From: Eledone cirrhosa
Taxonomy: Eukaryota
DNA: 64,000 nt
Assembly: GCA_964016885.1 (NCBI GenBank)
Contig: OZ024744.1
Coordinates: 5,642,001 to 5,706,000 of the forward strand
Reading direction: 5' to 3'
Made by a program: the position numbers and the translations under genes. The notes below the pieces were generated by a model that was not told the origin of the DNA, made no database searches, and worked only from the letters and a program-made list of their open reading frames with translations. This document shows, piece after piece, positions 1-15,568 of the stretch (within the stretch, counting starts at the first letter, position 1; each line of letters begins with the position of its first letter).

Positions 1-135
1 TATTTTATTAATATTTATATTTTAATATTAATAACTCCGGAAAATTATTTTTTACGTAGAGTGCTTCCAATCTACTGTAAAACTGGCCCGCGTGTCTATT
101 TGCCATGAAGGTAGATGTGCAGTGTTCAGTCTCGC

Positions 136-233
136 ATTTTGCTGACTGATTATCCATGTGGACTGTTATACTACACATATAGGTGGTGACACATATAGGT
201 GGTGAAACGAAGCTAGGTTCGTATCAGCAAAAT
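136..233 (+). ncRNA. Degenerate type I hammerhead-like motif
   Basis: Stem I ATTTTGCTGA(136-145)/TCAGCAAAAT(224-233); core CTGATTA (G8->U) ... T-GAAA; stem III CGAA-GCTAGG-TTCG; GTA cleavage triplet. The C3-G8 pair is broken, so it is probably inactive. Confidence 0.55.
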
Positions 234-619
234 ATAGTTATAAGGTTTGTGATTTAAAACTCCAATCCAGAGATTTGATTCTGATCTGGTTTTTTTCTAT
301 TTAATTGCTTACCTGTAGATATTGTTCCCTGTACAGTAACGGTAAAATCACTTGTAATAATTCCTTACACACTTCTCACTGTGTAACACATTTCTCTTTG
401 TGTAATATATACTTGCATTTGAGCTCGGAAGGAAATTCTCTATTCTTCTTTGAGCTAATAATACTATTATTATTATTATTACAGTGAACAGCGGAATACT
501 CTTATCTCCGCTTTTTGTATATATATGTATATAGTAATAATAATAAATTATAAGACTAAAATCCAAAGAGGACTCGATAAGAATAAATATATATCAAATA
601 TATAAGAACCGTAGAGCAA

Positions 620-773
620 ATATTTATTAAAATAACAGATTAAAGTTTAAGCAAAGAATCGCTGCTTTCACCCTTAACGGGATCTTCTGATCTTTGTTAG
701 TTTCAGAAGATCCCGTTAAGGGTGAAAGCAGCGATTCTTTGCTTAAACTTTAATCTGTTATTTTAATAAATAT
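620..773. repeat. Perfect 71-bp-arm inverted repeat with HHR-like motif (699-749, +), PLE pseudo-LTR fragment
   Basis: Arms 620-690 and 703-773, followed by (AT)n. Motif AGTTT-CAGAAGA-T-CCC-GTTAA-GGG-T-GAAA-GCA...TGC-TT-AAACT has U4->A. The same family recurs at about 46405-46585. Confidence 0.75.
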
Positions 774-870
774 ATATATATATATATATATAACGAAGGA
801 AATGTGGTAAGGAACCAGGTGGACCATAACGCACCAAAGTACTCAATACTTGGGGTAGTAGAGTGGGTAA

Positions 871-912
<42 letters not shown>

Positions 913-949
913 ATTAAATAAATGGAAACTATATTTATAAAACCATATT

Positions 950-1015
950 TATTTCATTATATATATTTCAGGGATATCATATTAACAATATGCTATGCCT
1001 TCCTCAGACAAAATA
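950..1015 (-). ncRNA. Type I hammerhead ribozyme, PLE family B
   Basis: Minus strand TATTTTGT-CTGAGGA-AGG...CCT-GAAA-TATATA-TA-ATGAAATA, with palindromic stem III. Homologues at 41727-41792, 42289-42354, 49972-50036, 55147-55212 and 55357-55422. Confidence 0.7.
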
Positions 1016-1312
1016 CAATATAAACAGTTTTATAGATAAATAGATTCGACATACCGTAACAACATCGACTTGTATTTGAAAAGGTTGATTTGGTAGTGAA
1101 AAAATTGTACACAGAGAGAAAGAAAGAGAGAAAAAAGGAAAGAAAGACAGAACACGAAGAAAAAGAAGAAAAAGAAAAAGAAAAAGAAAAAGAAAAAGAA
1201 AAAGAAAAAGAAAAAGAAAAAGAAAAAGAAAAAGAAGAAATGCATGGAACAAAATAGAGAGATGGAAAGATAGATAAAGAGAAGAACTTCATGTAAAGAA
1301 ACAGAGATATAT

Positions 1313-1544
1313 AGAGAGAGGAAATAGAGATAGATACATATATATAGAAAACTAGGTAGTGGGACGTCTGTTGAATAACGTATCAATGATACATTTATTT
1401 ATTTATTTATTTATTTAGCTCTAGTATTAATGTAAGAGCTAAATAAATAAATAAATAAATAAATGTATCATTGATACGTTATTCAACAGACGTCCCACTA
1501 CCTAGTTTTCTATATATATGTATCTATCTCTATTTCCTCTCTCT
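1313..1544. repeat. Inverted repeat with about 110-bp arms
   Basis: About 1313-1422 is the reverse complement of about 1435-1544, with a 12-bp spacer; directly upstream of the satellite array. Confidence 0.85.
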
Positions 1545-1555
1545 CTCTATATATA

Positions 1556-2686
1556 TAGGTACCAATCAGTACGAAACATAGCTCTGTCAGCTTCATCTCT
1601 TCTGTTTGCTAAAAAATGTAAAGTAAGTGAGACTGTCACTACTCTCAAACAATAGCATAACGTAAAGGAAATGCTTTTAATTAAGCATACGGTGTATTGC
1701 AAAATACACTATATATACATTCACATATATATAGCTATTTCAGAGCGCCAATTCTAATTTTCAATTTCTACTTGACCGGCAACCGCACTGTATAATCAGT
1801 TCCTGATTATTACTAGAAATTCTATAAGAATCAAACATTCATAATTTTCAGCAAACAGGTGGAGTACTTGGTTTTGATAAGTACCAATCAGTACGAAACA
1901 TAGCCCTGTCAGCTTTATCTCCCCTGTTTCCTGAAAATTTAAAGTAAGTGAGACTGTCACTACTCTAAAACAGTAGCATAAGGTAAATGAAATGCTGCTA
2001 ATTAAGCATACAGTGTATTGAAAAATACACTATATATACATTCACATATATATAGCTATTTCAGAGCGCCAATTCTAATTTTAAATTTCTGCTTGACCGG
2101 CAACCGCTCTGTATAATCAGTTCCCGATTATTACTAGAAATTCTATAAGAAGAAAAATTTTAGGTTCTTCAGCAAACAGGTGGAGTACTTGGCTTTGATA
2201 AGTACCAATCAGTACGAAACATAGCCCTGTCAGCTTTATCTCCCCTGTTTGCTGAAAATTTAAAGTAAGTGAGAGTGACACTACTTTAAAACAATAGCAT
2301 AAGGTCTTCGAAATGCTTTTAATTAAGCATACAGTGTATTGCAAAATACACTATATATACATTCATATATATATATCGCTATTTCAGAGCACCAATTCTA
2401 ATTTACAATTTCTACTTGACCGGCAACCGCTCTGTATAGTATATTCAGATCTTGATTATTACTAGAAATTCTATAAGAATAAAAAAATTCATGATTTTCA
2501 GCAAACAGGTGGAGTACTTGGCTTTGATAAGTACCAATCAGTACGAAACATAGCTCTGTCAGCTTTATCTCCCCTGTTTGCTGAAAATTTAAAGTGAGAC
2601 TGTCACTACTCTAAAACAATAGTAGAAGGTCTTCGAAATGCTTTTAATTAAGCATACAGTGTATTGCAAAATATACTATATATACA

Positions 2687-2771
<85 letters not shown>

Positions 2772-4685
2772 CTATTTCAGAACGCCAATTCTAATTTTCA
2801 ATTTCTGCTTGACCAGCAAACGCTCAGTATAATCAGATCCTGATTATTACTAAAAATTCTATAAGAATCAAACATTCATGATTTTCAGCAAACAGGTGGA
2901 GTACTTGGCTTTGATAAGTACCAATCAGTACGAAACATAGCTCTGTCAGCTTTATCTCCTCTGTTTGCGAAAATTTATTGTAAGTGAGACTGACACTACT
3001 CTAAAACAATAGCATAAGGTCTTCGAAATGCTTTTAATTAAGCATACAGTTATTTGCAAAATACACTATATATACATTCATATATATATCGCTATTTAAG
3101 AGCGCCAATTCTAATTTTCAATTTCTGCTTGACCGGCAACCGCTCTGTATAATCAGTTCCTGATAATTACTAGAAATTCTATAAGAATCAAACATTCATG
3201 GTTTTCAGCAAACAGGTGGAGTACTTGGCTTTGATAAGTACCCATCAGTACGAAACATAGCTTTGTCAGCTTTATCTCCCCTGTTTGCTGAAAATTTAAA
3301 GTAAGTGAGACAGTCACTACTCTAAAGCAATAGCATAAGGTTTTCGAAATGCTTTTAATTAAGCATACAGTGTATTGCAAAATACACTATATATACATTC
3401 ATATATATATCGCTATTTCAGAGCGCCAATTCTAATTTTCAATTTCTGCTTGACCGGCAACAGCTCTGTATAATCAGATCCTGATTATTACTAGAAATTC
3501 TATAAGAATAAAGAATTCATGATTTTCAGCAAACAGGTGGAGTACATGGCTTTGATAGGTACCAATCAGTACGAAACATAGCTCTGTCAGCTTTATCTCT
3601 TCTGTTTGCTAAAAAATGTAAAGTAAGTGAGACTGTCACTACTCTCAAACAATAGCATAACGTAAAGGAAATGCTTTTAATTAAGCATACGGTGTATTGC
3701 AAAATACACTATATATACATTCACATATATATAGCTATTTCAGAGCGCCAATTCTAATTTTCAATTTCTGCTTGACCGGCAACCGCACTGTATAATCAGT
3801 TCCTGATTATTACTAGAAATTCTATAAGAATCAAACATTCATAATTTTCAGCAAACAGGTGGAGTACTTGGTTTTGATAAGTACCAATCAGTACGAAACA
3901 TAGCCCTGTCAGCTTTATCTCCCCTGTTTCCTGAAAATTTAAAGTAAGTGAGACTGTCACTACTCTAAAACTATAGCATAAGGTAAATGAAATGCTGCTA
4001 ATTAAGCATACAGTGTATTGCAAAATACACTATATATACATTCACATATATATAGCTATTTCAGAGCGCCAATTCTAATTTTAAATTTCTGCTTGACCTG
4101 CAACCGCTCTGTATAATCAGTTCCCGATTATTACTAGAAATTCTATAAGAATAAAAATTTTAGGTTTTCAGCAAACAGATGGAGTACTTGGCTTTGATAA
4201 GTACCAATCAGTACGAAACATAGCCCTGTCAGCTTTATCTCCCCTGTTTGCTGAAAATTTAAAGTAAGTGAGAGTGACACTACTTTAAAACAATAGCATA
4301 AGGTCTTCGAAATGCTTTTAATTAAGCATACAGTGTATTGCAAAATACACTATATATACATTCATATATATATATCGCTATTTCAGAGCACCAATTCTAA
4401 TTTACAATTTCTACTTGACCGGCAACCGCTCTGTATAGTATATTCAGATCCTGATTATTACTACAAATTCTATAAGAATAAAAAAATTCATGATTTTCAG
4501 CAAACAGGTGGCGTACTTGGCTTTGATAATTACCAATCAGTACGAAACATAGCTCTGTCAGCTTTATCTCCCCTGTTTGCTGAAAATTTAAAGTGAGACT
4601 GTCACTACTCTAAAACAATAGTAGAAGGTCTTCGAAATGCTTCTAATTAAGCATACAGTGTATTGCAAAATATACTATATATACA

Positions 4686-4780
<95 letters not shown>

Positions 4781-6697
4781 CTATTTCAGAACGCCAATTC
4801 TAATTTTCAATTTCTGCTTGACCAGCAAACGCTCTGTATAATCAGATCCTGATTATTACTAAGAATTCTATAAGAATCAAACATTCATGATTTTCAGCAA
4901 ACAGGTGGAGTACTTGGCTTTGATAAGTACCAATCAGTACGAAACATAGCTCTGTCAGCTTTATCTCCAATGTTTGCTGAAAATTTATTGTAAGTGAGAC
5001 TGACACTCTCTAAAACAATAGCATAAGGTCTTCGAAATGCTTTTAAATGAGCATACAGTTATTTGCAAAATACACTATATATACATTCATATATATATCG
5101 CTATTTAAGAGCGCCAATTCTAATTTTCAATTTCTGCTTGACCGGCAACCGCTCTGTATAATCAGTTCCTGATAATTACTAGAAATTCTATAAGAATCAA
5201 ACATTCATGGTTTTCAGCAAACAGGTGGAGTACTTGGCTTTGATAAGTACCCATCAGTACGAGACATAGCTCTGTCAGCTTTATCTCCCCTGTTTGCTGA
5301 AAATTTAAAGTAAGTGAGACAGTCACTACTCTAAAGCAATAGCATAAGGTTTTCGAAATGCTTTTAATTAAGCATACAGTGTATTGCAAAATACACTATA
5401 TATACATTCATATATATATCGCTATTTCAGAGCGCCAATTCTAATTTTCAATTTCTGCTTGACCGGCAACAGCTCTGTATAATCAGATCCTGATTATTAC
5501 TAGAAATTCTATAAGAATAAAAAATTCATGATTTTCAGCAAACAGGTGGAGTACTTGGCTTTGATAGGTACCAATCAGTACGAAACATAGCTCTGTCAGC
5601 TTTATCACTTCTGTTTGCTAAAAAATGTAAAGTAAGTGAGACTGTCACTACTCTCAATCAATAGCATAACGTAAAGGAAATGCTTTTAATTAAGCATACG
5701 GTGTATTGCAAAATACACTATATATACATTCACATATATATAGCTATTTCAGAGCGCCAATTCTAATTTTTACAATTTCTGCTTGACCGGCAACCGCACT
5801 GTATAATCAGTTCCTGATTATTACTAGAAATTCTATGAGAATCAAACATTCATAATTTTCAGCAAACAGGTGGAGTACTTGGTTTTGATAAGTACCAATC
5901 AGTACGAAACATAGCCCTGTCAGCTTTATCTCCCCTGTTTCCTGAAAATTTAAAGTAAGTGAGACTGTCACTACTCTAAAACAATAGCATAAGGTAAATG
6001 AAATGCTGCTAATTAAGCATACAGTGTATTGCAAAATACACTATATATACATTCACATATATATAGCTATTTCAGAGCGCCAATTCTAATTTTAAATTTC
6101 TGCTTGACCGGCAACCGCTCTGTATAATCAGTTCCCGATTATTACTAGAAATTCTATAAGAATAAAAATTTTAGGTTTTTCAGCAAACAGATGGAGTACT
6201 TGGCTTTGATAAGTACCAATCAGTACGAAACATAGCCCTGTCAGCTTTATCTCCCCTGTTTGCTGAAAATTTAAAGTAAGTGAGAGTGACACTACTTTAA
6301 AACAATAGCATAAGGTCTTCGAAATGCTTTTAATTAAGCATACAGTGTATTGCAAAATACACTATATATACATTCATATATATATATCGCTATTTCAGAG
6401 CACCAATTCTAATTTACAATTTCTACTTGACCGGCAACCGCTCTGTATAGTATATTCATATCCTGATTATTACTAGAAATTCTATAAGAATAAAAAAATT
6501 CATGATTTTCAGCAAACAGGTGGAGTACTTGGCTTTGATAAGTACCAATCAGTACGAAACATAGCTCTGTCAGCTTTATCTCCCCTGTTTGCTGAAAATT
6601 TAAAGTGAGACTGTCACTACTCTAAAACAATAGTAGAAGGTCTTCGAAATGCTTTTAATTAAGCATACAGTGTATTGCAAAATATACTATATATACA

Positions 6698-6788
<91 letters not shown>

Positions 6789-9700
6789 CTATTTCAGAAC
6801 GCCAATTCTAATTTTCAATTTCTGCTTGACCAGCAAACGCTCTCTATAATCAGATCCTGATTATTACTAAAAATTCTATAAGAATCAAACATTCATGATT
6901 TTCAGCAAACAGGTGGAGTACTTGGCTTTGATAAGTACCAATCAGTACGAAACATAGCTCTGTCAGCTTTATCTCCTCTGTTTGCTGAAAATTTATTGTA
7001 AGTGAGACTGACACTACTCTAAAACAATAGCATAAGGTCTTCGAAATGCTTTTAATTAAGCATACAGTTATTTGCAAAATACACTATATATACATTCATA
7101 TATATATCGCTATTTAAGAGCGCCAATTCTAATTTTCAATTTCTGCTTGACCGGCAACCGCTCTGTATAATCAGTTCCTGATAATTACTAGAAATTCTAT
7201 AAGAATCAAACATTCATGGTTTTCAGCAAACAGGTGGAGTACTTGGCTTTGATAAGTACCCATCAGTACGAAACATAGCTCTGTCAGCTTTATCTCCCCT
7301 GTTTGCTGAAAATTTAAAGTAAGTGAGACAGTCACTACTCTAAAGCAATAGCATAAGGTTTTCGAAATGCTTTTAATTAAGCATACAGTGTATTGCAAAA
7401 TACACTATATATACATTCATATATATATCGTTATTTCAGGGCGCCAATTCTAATTTTCAATTTCTGATTGACCGGCAACAGCTCTGTATAATCAGATCCT
7501 GATTATTACTAGAAATTCTATAAGAATAAAAAATTCATGATTTTCAGCAAACAGGTGGAGTACTTGGCTTTGATAGGTACCAATCAGCACGAAACATAGC
7601 TCTGTCAGCTTTATCTCTCCTGTTTGCGGAAAATGTAAAGTAAGTGAGAATGTCACTACTCTCAAACAATAGCATAACGTAAAGGAAATGCTTTTAATTA
7701 AGCATACGGTGTATTGCAAAATACACTATATATACATTCACATATATATAGCTATTTCAGAGCGCCAATTCTAATTTTCAATTTCTGCTTGACCGGCAAC
7801 CGCACTGTATAATCAGTACCTGATTATTACTAGAAATTCTATAAGAATCAAACATTCATAATTTTCAGCAAACAGGTGGAGTACTTGGTTTTGATAAGTA
7901 CCAATCAGTACCAAACATTGCCCTGTCAGCTTTATCTCCCCTGTTTCCTGAAAATTTAAAGTAAGTGAGACTGTCACTACTCTAAAACAATAGCATAAGG
8001 TAAATGAAATGCTGCTAATTAAGCATACAGTGTATTGCAAAATACACTATATATACATTCACATATATATAGCTATTTCAGAGCGCCAATTCTAATTTTA
8101 AATTTCTGCTTGACCGGCAACCGCTCTGTATAATCAGTTCCCGATTATTACTAGAAATTCTATAAGAATAAAAATTTTAGGTTTTTCAGCAAACAGATGG
8201 AGTACTTGGCTTTGATAAGTACCAATCAGTACGAAACATAGCCCTGTCAGCTTTATCTCCCCTGTTTGCTGAAAATTTAAAGTAAGTGAGAGTGACACTA
8301 CTTTAAAACAATAGCATAAGGTCTTCGAAATGATTTTAATTAAGCATACAGTGTATTGCAAAATACACTATATATACATTCATATATATATATCGCTATT
8401 TCAGAGCACCAATTCTAATTTACAATTTCTACTTGACCGGCAACCGCTCTGTATAGTATATTCAGATCCTGATTATTACTAGAAATTCAATAAGAATAAA
8501 AAAAATCATGATTTTCAGCAAACAGGTGGAGTACCTGGCTTTGATAAGTACCAATCAGTACGAAACATAGCCCTGTCAGCTTTATCTCTCCTGTTTGCTG
8601 AAAATGTAATGTAAGTGAGACTGTCACTACTCTAAAAGAATAGCATAAGGTCATCGAAATGCTTTTAATTAAGCATACAGTGTATTGCAAAATACACTAT
8701 ATATACATTCATATATATATCGCTATCTCATAGCGCCAATTCTAATTTTCTATTTCTGCTTGACCGGCAACCGCTCTGTATAGTATAATCAGATCCTGAT
8801 TATTACTAGAAATTCTATAAGAATAAAAAAATTCATGATTTTCAGCAAACAGGTGGAGTACTTGGCTTTGATAAGTACCAATCAGTACGAGACATAGCTC
8901 TGTCAGCTTTATATCCCCTGTTTGCTGAAAATTTAAAGTAAGTGAGACTGACACTACACTAAACAATAGCATAAGGTCTTCGAAATGCTTTTAATTTAGC
9001 ATACAGTGTATTGCAAAGTACACTATATATATATACATATATATATATAGCTATTTCAGAGCGCCAATTCTAATTTTCAATTTCAGCTTGACCGGCAACC
9101 GCTCTGTATAATCAGATCCTGATTATTACTAGAAATTCTATAAGAATCAAACATTCATGATTTTTAGCAAACAGGTGGAGTATTTGTTTTTGATAAGTAC
9201 CAATCAGTACGAAACATAGCTCTGTCAGCTTTGTCTCCCCTGTTTGCTGAAAATTTAAAGTAAGTGAGACTGTTACTACTCTAAAACAATAGCATAAGGT
9301 CATCGAAATGCTTTTAATTAAGCATACAGTGTATTGCAAAATACACTATATATATACATTCATATATATATATAGTTATTTCAGATCGCCAATTCTAATT
9401 TTTAATATCTGCTTGACCGGCAACCGCTCTGTATAATCAGATCCTGATTATTACTAGAAATTCTATAAGAATCAAACATTCATGATTTTCAGCAAGTAGG
9501 TGGAGTATTTGGCTTTGATAAGTACCAATCAGTACGAAACATAGCTCTGTCAGATTTATCTCCCCTGTTTGCTGAAAATATAAAGTAAGTGAGACTGTCA
9601 CTACTCTAAAAGAATAGCATAAGGTCATCGAAATGCTTTTAATTAAGCATACAGTGTATTGCAAAATACACTATATATACATTCATATATATATCGCTAT

Positions 9701-12700
9701 TTCATAGCGTCAATTCTAATTTTCTATTTCTGCTTGACCGGCAACCGCTCTGTATAGTATAATCAGATCCTGATTATTACTAGAAATTCTATAAGAATAA
9801 AAAAATTCATGATTTTCAGCAAACAGGTGGAGTACTTGGCTTTGATAAGTACCAATCAGTACGAAACATAACTCTGTCAGCTTTATCTCCACTGTTTGCT
9901 GAAAATTTATTGTAAGTGAGACTGACACTCTCTAAAACAATAGCATAAGGTCTTCGAAATGCTTTTAATTAAGCATACAGTTATTTGCAAAATACACTAT
10001 ATATACATTCATATATATATCGCTATTTCAGAGCGCCAATTCTAATTTTCAATTTCTGCTTGACCGGCAACCGCACTGTATAATCAGTTCCTGATTATTA
10101 CTAGAAATTCTATGAGAATCAAACATTCATAATTTTCAGCAAACAGGTGGAGTACTTGGTTTTGATAAGTACCAATCAGTACGAAACATAGTTCTGTCAG
10201 CTTTATCTCCCCTGTTTGCCGAAAATTTAAAGTAAGTGAGACAGTCACTACTCTAAAGCAATAGCATAAGGTTTTCGAAATGCTTTTAATTAAGCATACA
10301 GTGTATTGCAAAATACACTATATATACATTCATATATATATCGCTATTTCAGAGCGCCAATTCTAATTTTCAATTTCTGCTTGACCGGCAACAGCTCTGT
10401 ATAATCAGATCCTGATTATTACTAGAAATTCTATAAGAATAAAAAATTCATGATTTTCAGCAAACAGGTGGAGTACTTGGCTTTGATAGGTACCAATCAG
10501 TACGAAACATAGCTCTGTCAGCTTTATCTCTTCTGTTTGCTAAAAAATTGTAAAGTAAGTGAGACTGTCACTACTCTCAAACAATAGCATAACGTAAAGG
10601 AAATGCTTTTAATTAAGCATACGGTGTATTGCAAAATACACTATATATACATTCACATATATATAGCTATTTCAGAACGCCAATTCTAATTTTCAATTTC
10701 TGCTTGACCAGCAAACGCTCTGTATAATCAGATCCTGATTATTACTAAACATTCTATAAGAATCAAACATTCATGGTTTTCGGCAAACAGGTGGAGTACT
10801 TGGCTTTGATAAGTACCCATCAGTACGAAACATAGCTCTGTCAGCTTTATCTCCCCTGTTTGCTGAAAATTTAAAGTAAGTGACACAGTCACTACTCTAA
10901 AGCAATAGCATAAGGTTTTCGAAATGCTTTTAATTAAGCATACAGTGTATTGCAAAATACACTATATATACATTCATATATATATCGCTATTTCAGAGCG
11001 CCAACTCTAATTTTCAATTTCTGCTTGACCGGCAACAGCTCTGTATAATCAGATCCTGATTATTACTAGAAATTCTATAAGAATAAAAAATTCATGATTT
11101 TCAGCAAACAGGTGGAGTACTTGGTTTTGATAAGTACCAATCAGTACGAAACATTGCCCTGTCAGCTTTATCTCCCCTGTTTCCTGAAAATTTAAAGTAA
11201 GTGAGACTGTCACTACTCTCAAACAATAGCATAACGTAAAGGAAATGCTTTTAATTAAGCATACGGTGTATTGCAAAATACACTATATATACATTCACAT
11301 ATATATAGCAATTTCAGAGCGCCAATTCTAATTTTCAATTTCTGCTTGACCGGCAACCGCACTGTATAATCAGTTCCTGATTATTACTAGAAATTCTATA
11401 AGAATCAAACATTCATAATTTTCAGCAAACAGGTGGAGTACTTGGTTTTGATAAGTACCAATCAGTACGAAACATTGCCCTGTCAGCTTTATCTCCCCTG
11501 TTTCCTGAAAATTTAAAGTAAGTGAGACTGTCACTACTCTAAAACAATAGCATAAGGTAAATGAAATGCTGCTAATTAAGCATACAGCGTATTGCAAAAT
11601 ACACTATATATACATTCACATATATATAGCTATTTCAGAGCGCCAATTCTAATTTTAAATTACTGCTTGACCGGCAACCGCTCTGTATAATCAGTTCCCG
11701 ATTATTACTAGACATTCTATAAGAATAAAAATTTTAGGTTTTTCAGCAAACAGATGGAGTACTTGGCTTTGATAATTACCAATCAGCACGAAACATAGCC
11801 CTGTCAGCTTTATCTCCCCTGTTTGCTGAAAATTTAAAGTAAGTGAGAGTGACACTACTTTAAAACACTAGCATAAGGTCTTCGAAATGCTTTTAATTAA
11901 GCATACAGTGTATTGCAAAATACACTATATATACATTCATATATATATATCGCTATTTCAGAGCACCAATTCTAATTTACAATTTCTACTTGACCGGCAA
12001 CCGCTCTGTATAGTATATTCAGATCCTGATTATTACTAGAAATTCAATAAGAATAAAAAAAATCATGATTTTCAGCAAACAGGTGGAGTACCTGGCTTTG
12101 ATAAGTACCAATCAGTACGAAACATAGCCCTGTCAGCTTTATCTCCCCTGTTTGCTGAAAATGTAATGTAAGTGAGACTGACACTACTCTAAAACAATAG
12201 CATAAGGTCTTCGAAATGCTTTTAATTAAGCATACAGTGTATTGCAAAATACACTATATATACATTCATATATATATCGCTATTTCAGAGCGCCAATTCT
12301 AATTTTCAATATCTGCTTGACCGGCAACCGCTCTGTATAATCAGATCCTGATTATTATTAGAAATTCTATAAGAATCAAACATTCATGATGTTCAGCAAG
12401 CAGGTGGAGTATTTGGCTTTGAAAAGTACCCATCAGTACGAAACATAGCTCTGTCAGATTTATCTCCCCTGTTTGCTGAAAATATAAAGTAAGTGAGACT
12501 GTCACTACTCTAAAAGAATAGCATAAGGTCATCGAAATGCTTTTAATTAAGCATACAGTGTATTGCAAAATACACTATATATACATTCATATATATATCG
12601 CTATTTCATAGCGCCAATTCTAATTTTCTATTTCTGCTTGACCGGCAACCGCTCTGTATAGTATAATCAGATCCTGATTATTACTAGAAATTCTATAAGA

Positions 12701-13882
12701 ATAAAAAAATTCATGATTTTCAGCAAACAGGTGGAGTACTTGGCTTTGATAAGTACCAATCAGTACGAAACATAGCTCTGTCAGCTTTATATCCCCTGTT
12801 TGCTGAAAATTTAAAGTAAGTGAGACTGACACTACACTAAACAATAGCATAAGGTCTTCGAAATGCTTTTAATTAAGCATACAGTGTATTGCAAAGTACA
12901 CTATATATATATTCATATATATATATAGCTATTTCAGAGCGCCAATTCTAATTTTCAATTTCAGCTTGACCGGCAACCGCTCTGTATAATCAGATCCTGA
13001 TTATTACTAGAAATTTTATAAGAATCAAGCATTCATGATTTTTAGCAAACAGGTGGAGTACCTGGCTTTGATAAGTACCAATCAGTACGAAACATAGCTG
13101 TGTCAGATTTGTCTCCCCTGTTTGCTGAAAATTTAAAGTAAGTGAGACTGTTACTACTCTAAAATAATAGCATAAGGTCATCGAAATGCTTTTAATTAAG
13201 CATACAGTGTATTGCAAAATACACTATATATATACATTCATATATATATATAGTTATTTCAGATCGCCAATTCTAATTTTCAATATCTGCTTGACTAGCA
13301 ACCGCTCTGTATAATCAGATCCTGATTATTACTAGAAATTCTATAAGAATCAAACATTCATGATTTTCAGCAAGTAGGTGGAGTATTTGGCTTTGATAAG
13401 TACCCATCAGTACGAAACATAGCTCTGTCAGATTTATCTCCCCTGTTTGCTGAAAATATAAAGTAAGTGAGACTGTCACTACTCTAAAAGAATAGCATAA
13501 GGTCATCGAAATGCTTTTAATTAAGCATACAGTGTATTGCAAAATACACTATATATACATTCATATATATATCGCTATTTCATAGCGCCAATTCTAATTT
13601 TCTATTTCTGCTTGACCGGCAACCGCTCTGTATAGTATAATCAGATCCTGATTATTACTAGAAATTCTATAAGAATAAAAAAATTCATGATTTTCAGCAA
13701 ACAGGTGTAGTACTTGGCTTTGATAAGTACCAATGAGTACGAAACATAGCTCTGTCAGCTTTATCTCCCCTGTTTGCTGAAAATTTAAAGTGAGACTGTC
13801 ACTACTCTAAAACAATAGTACAATGTCTTCGAAATACTTTTAATTAAGCATACAGTGTATTGCAAAATATACTATATATACA

Positions 13883-13945
<63 letters not shown>

Positions 13946-14579
13946 CTATTTAATAGCGCCAATTCTAATTTTCTATTTCTGCTCGACCGGCAACCGCTCT
14001 GTATAGTATAATCAGATCCTGATTATTACTAAAAATTCTATAAGAATCAAGCATTCATGATTTTCAGCAAGCAGGTGGAGTATTTGGCTTTGATAAGTAC
14101 CCATCAGTACGAAACATAGCTCTGTCAGATTTATCTCCCCTGTTTGCTGAAAATATAAAGTAAGTGAGACTGTCACTACTCTAAAAGAATAGCATAAGTT
14201 CATCGAAATGCTTTTAATTAAGCATACAGTGTATTGCAAAATACACTATATATACATTCATATATATATCACTATTTCATAGCGCCAATTCTAATTTTCT
14301 ATTTCTGCTTGACCGGCAACCGCTCTGTATAGTATAATCAGATCCTGATTATTACTAGAAATTCTATAAGAATAAAAAAATTCATGATTTTCAGCAAACA
14401 GGTGGAGTACTTGGCTTTGATAAGTACCAATCAGTACGAAACATAGCTCTGTCAGCTTTATCTACCCTGTTTGCTGAAAATTTAAAGTGAGACTGTCACT
14501 ACTCTAAAACAATAGTACAAGGTCTTCGAAATGCTTTTAATTAAGCATACAGTGTATTGCAAAATATACTATATATACA

Positions 14580-14632
<53 letters not shown>

Positions 14633-15568
14633 CTATTTCAGAGCGCCAATTCTAATTTTCAATTTCCGCTTGACCAGCAAACGCTCTGTATAATCAGATC
14701 CTGATTATTACTAAAAATTCTATAAGAATCAAACATTCATGATTTTCAGCAAACAGGTGGAGTACTTAGCTTTGATAAGTACCAATCAGTACGAAACATA
14801 ACTCTGTCAGCTTTATCTCCCCTGTTTGCTGAAAATGTAAAGTAAGTGAGACTGACACTACTTTAAAACAATAGCATAAGGTCTTCGAAATGCTTTTAAT
14901 TAAGCATACAGTGTATTGCAAAATACACTATATATACATTTATATATATATCGCTATTCCAGAGCGCCAATTCTAATTTTCAAATTCTGCTTGACCGGCA
15001 ACCGCTCTGTATAATCAGATCCTGATTATTACTAGAAATTCTACAAGAATCAAACATTCATGATGTTTAGCAAACAGGTGGAGTATTTGGCTTTCATAAG
15101 TACCAATCAGTACGAAACATAACCCTGTCAGCTTTATCTCCCCTGTTTCCTGAAAATTTAAAGTAAGTGAGACTGTCACTACTCTAAAACAATAGCATAA
15201 AGGTCATCGAAATGCTTTTAATTAAGCATACAGTGTATTGCAAAATACACTATATATACATTCATATATATATCGCTATTTCAGAGCACCATTTCTAATT
15301 TTCAATTTCTGTTTGACCGGGAACCGCTCTGTATAATCAGATCCTGATTATTACTAGAAATTCTATAAGAATCAAAATTTAAAGTTTTTCAGCAAACAGG
15401 TGGAATACTTGGCTTTGATAAGTACCAATCAGTACGAAACATAGCTCTGTCAGCTTTATCTCCCCTGTTTGCTGAAAATGTAAAGTAAGTGAGACTGACA
15501 CTGCTCTAAAACAATAGCATAAGGTCTTCGAAATGCTTTTAATTAAGCATACAGTGTATTGCCAAATA

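Noticed and set aside
2117-14239. Repeated 75-aa ORFs (MQYTVCLIKS...) as a tandem gene family
   Set aside because: They are antisense to the ribozyme, start at TTG, are broken in many monomers and show no domain; a by-product of the repeat.
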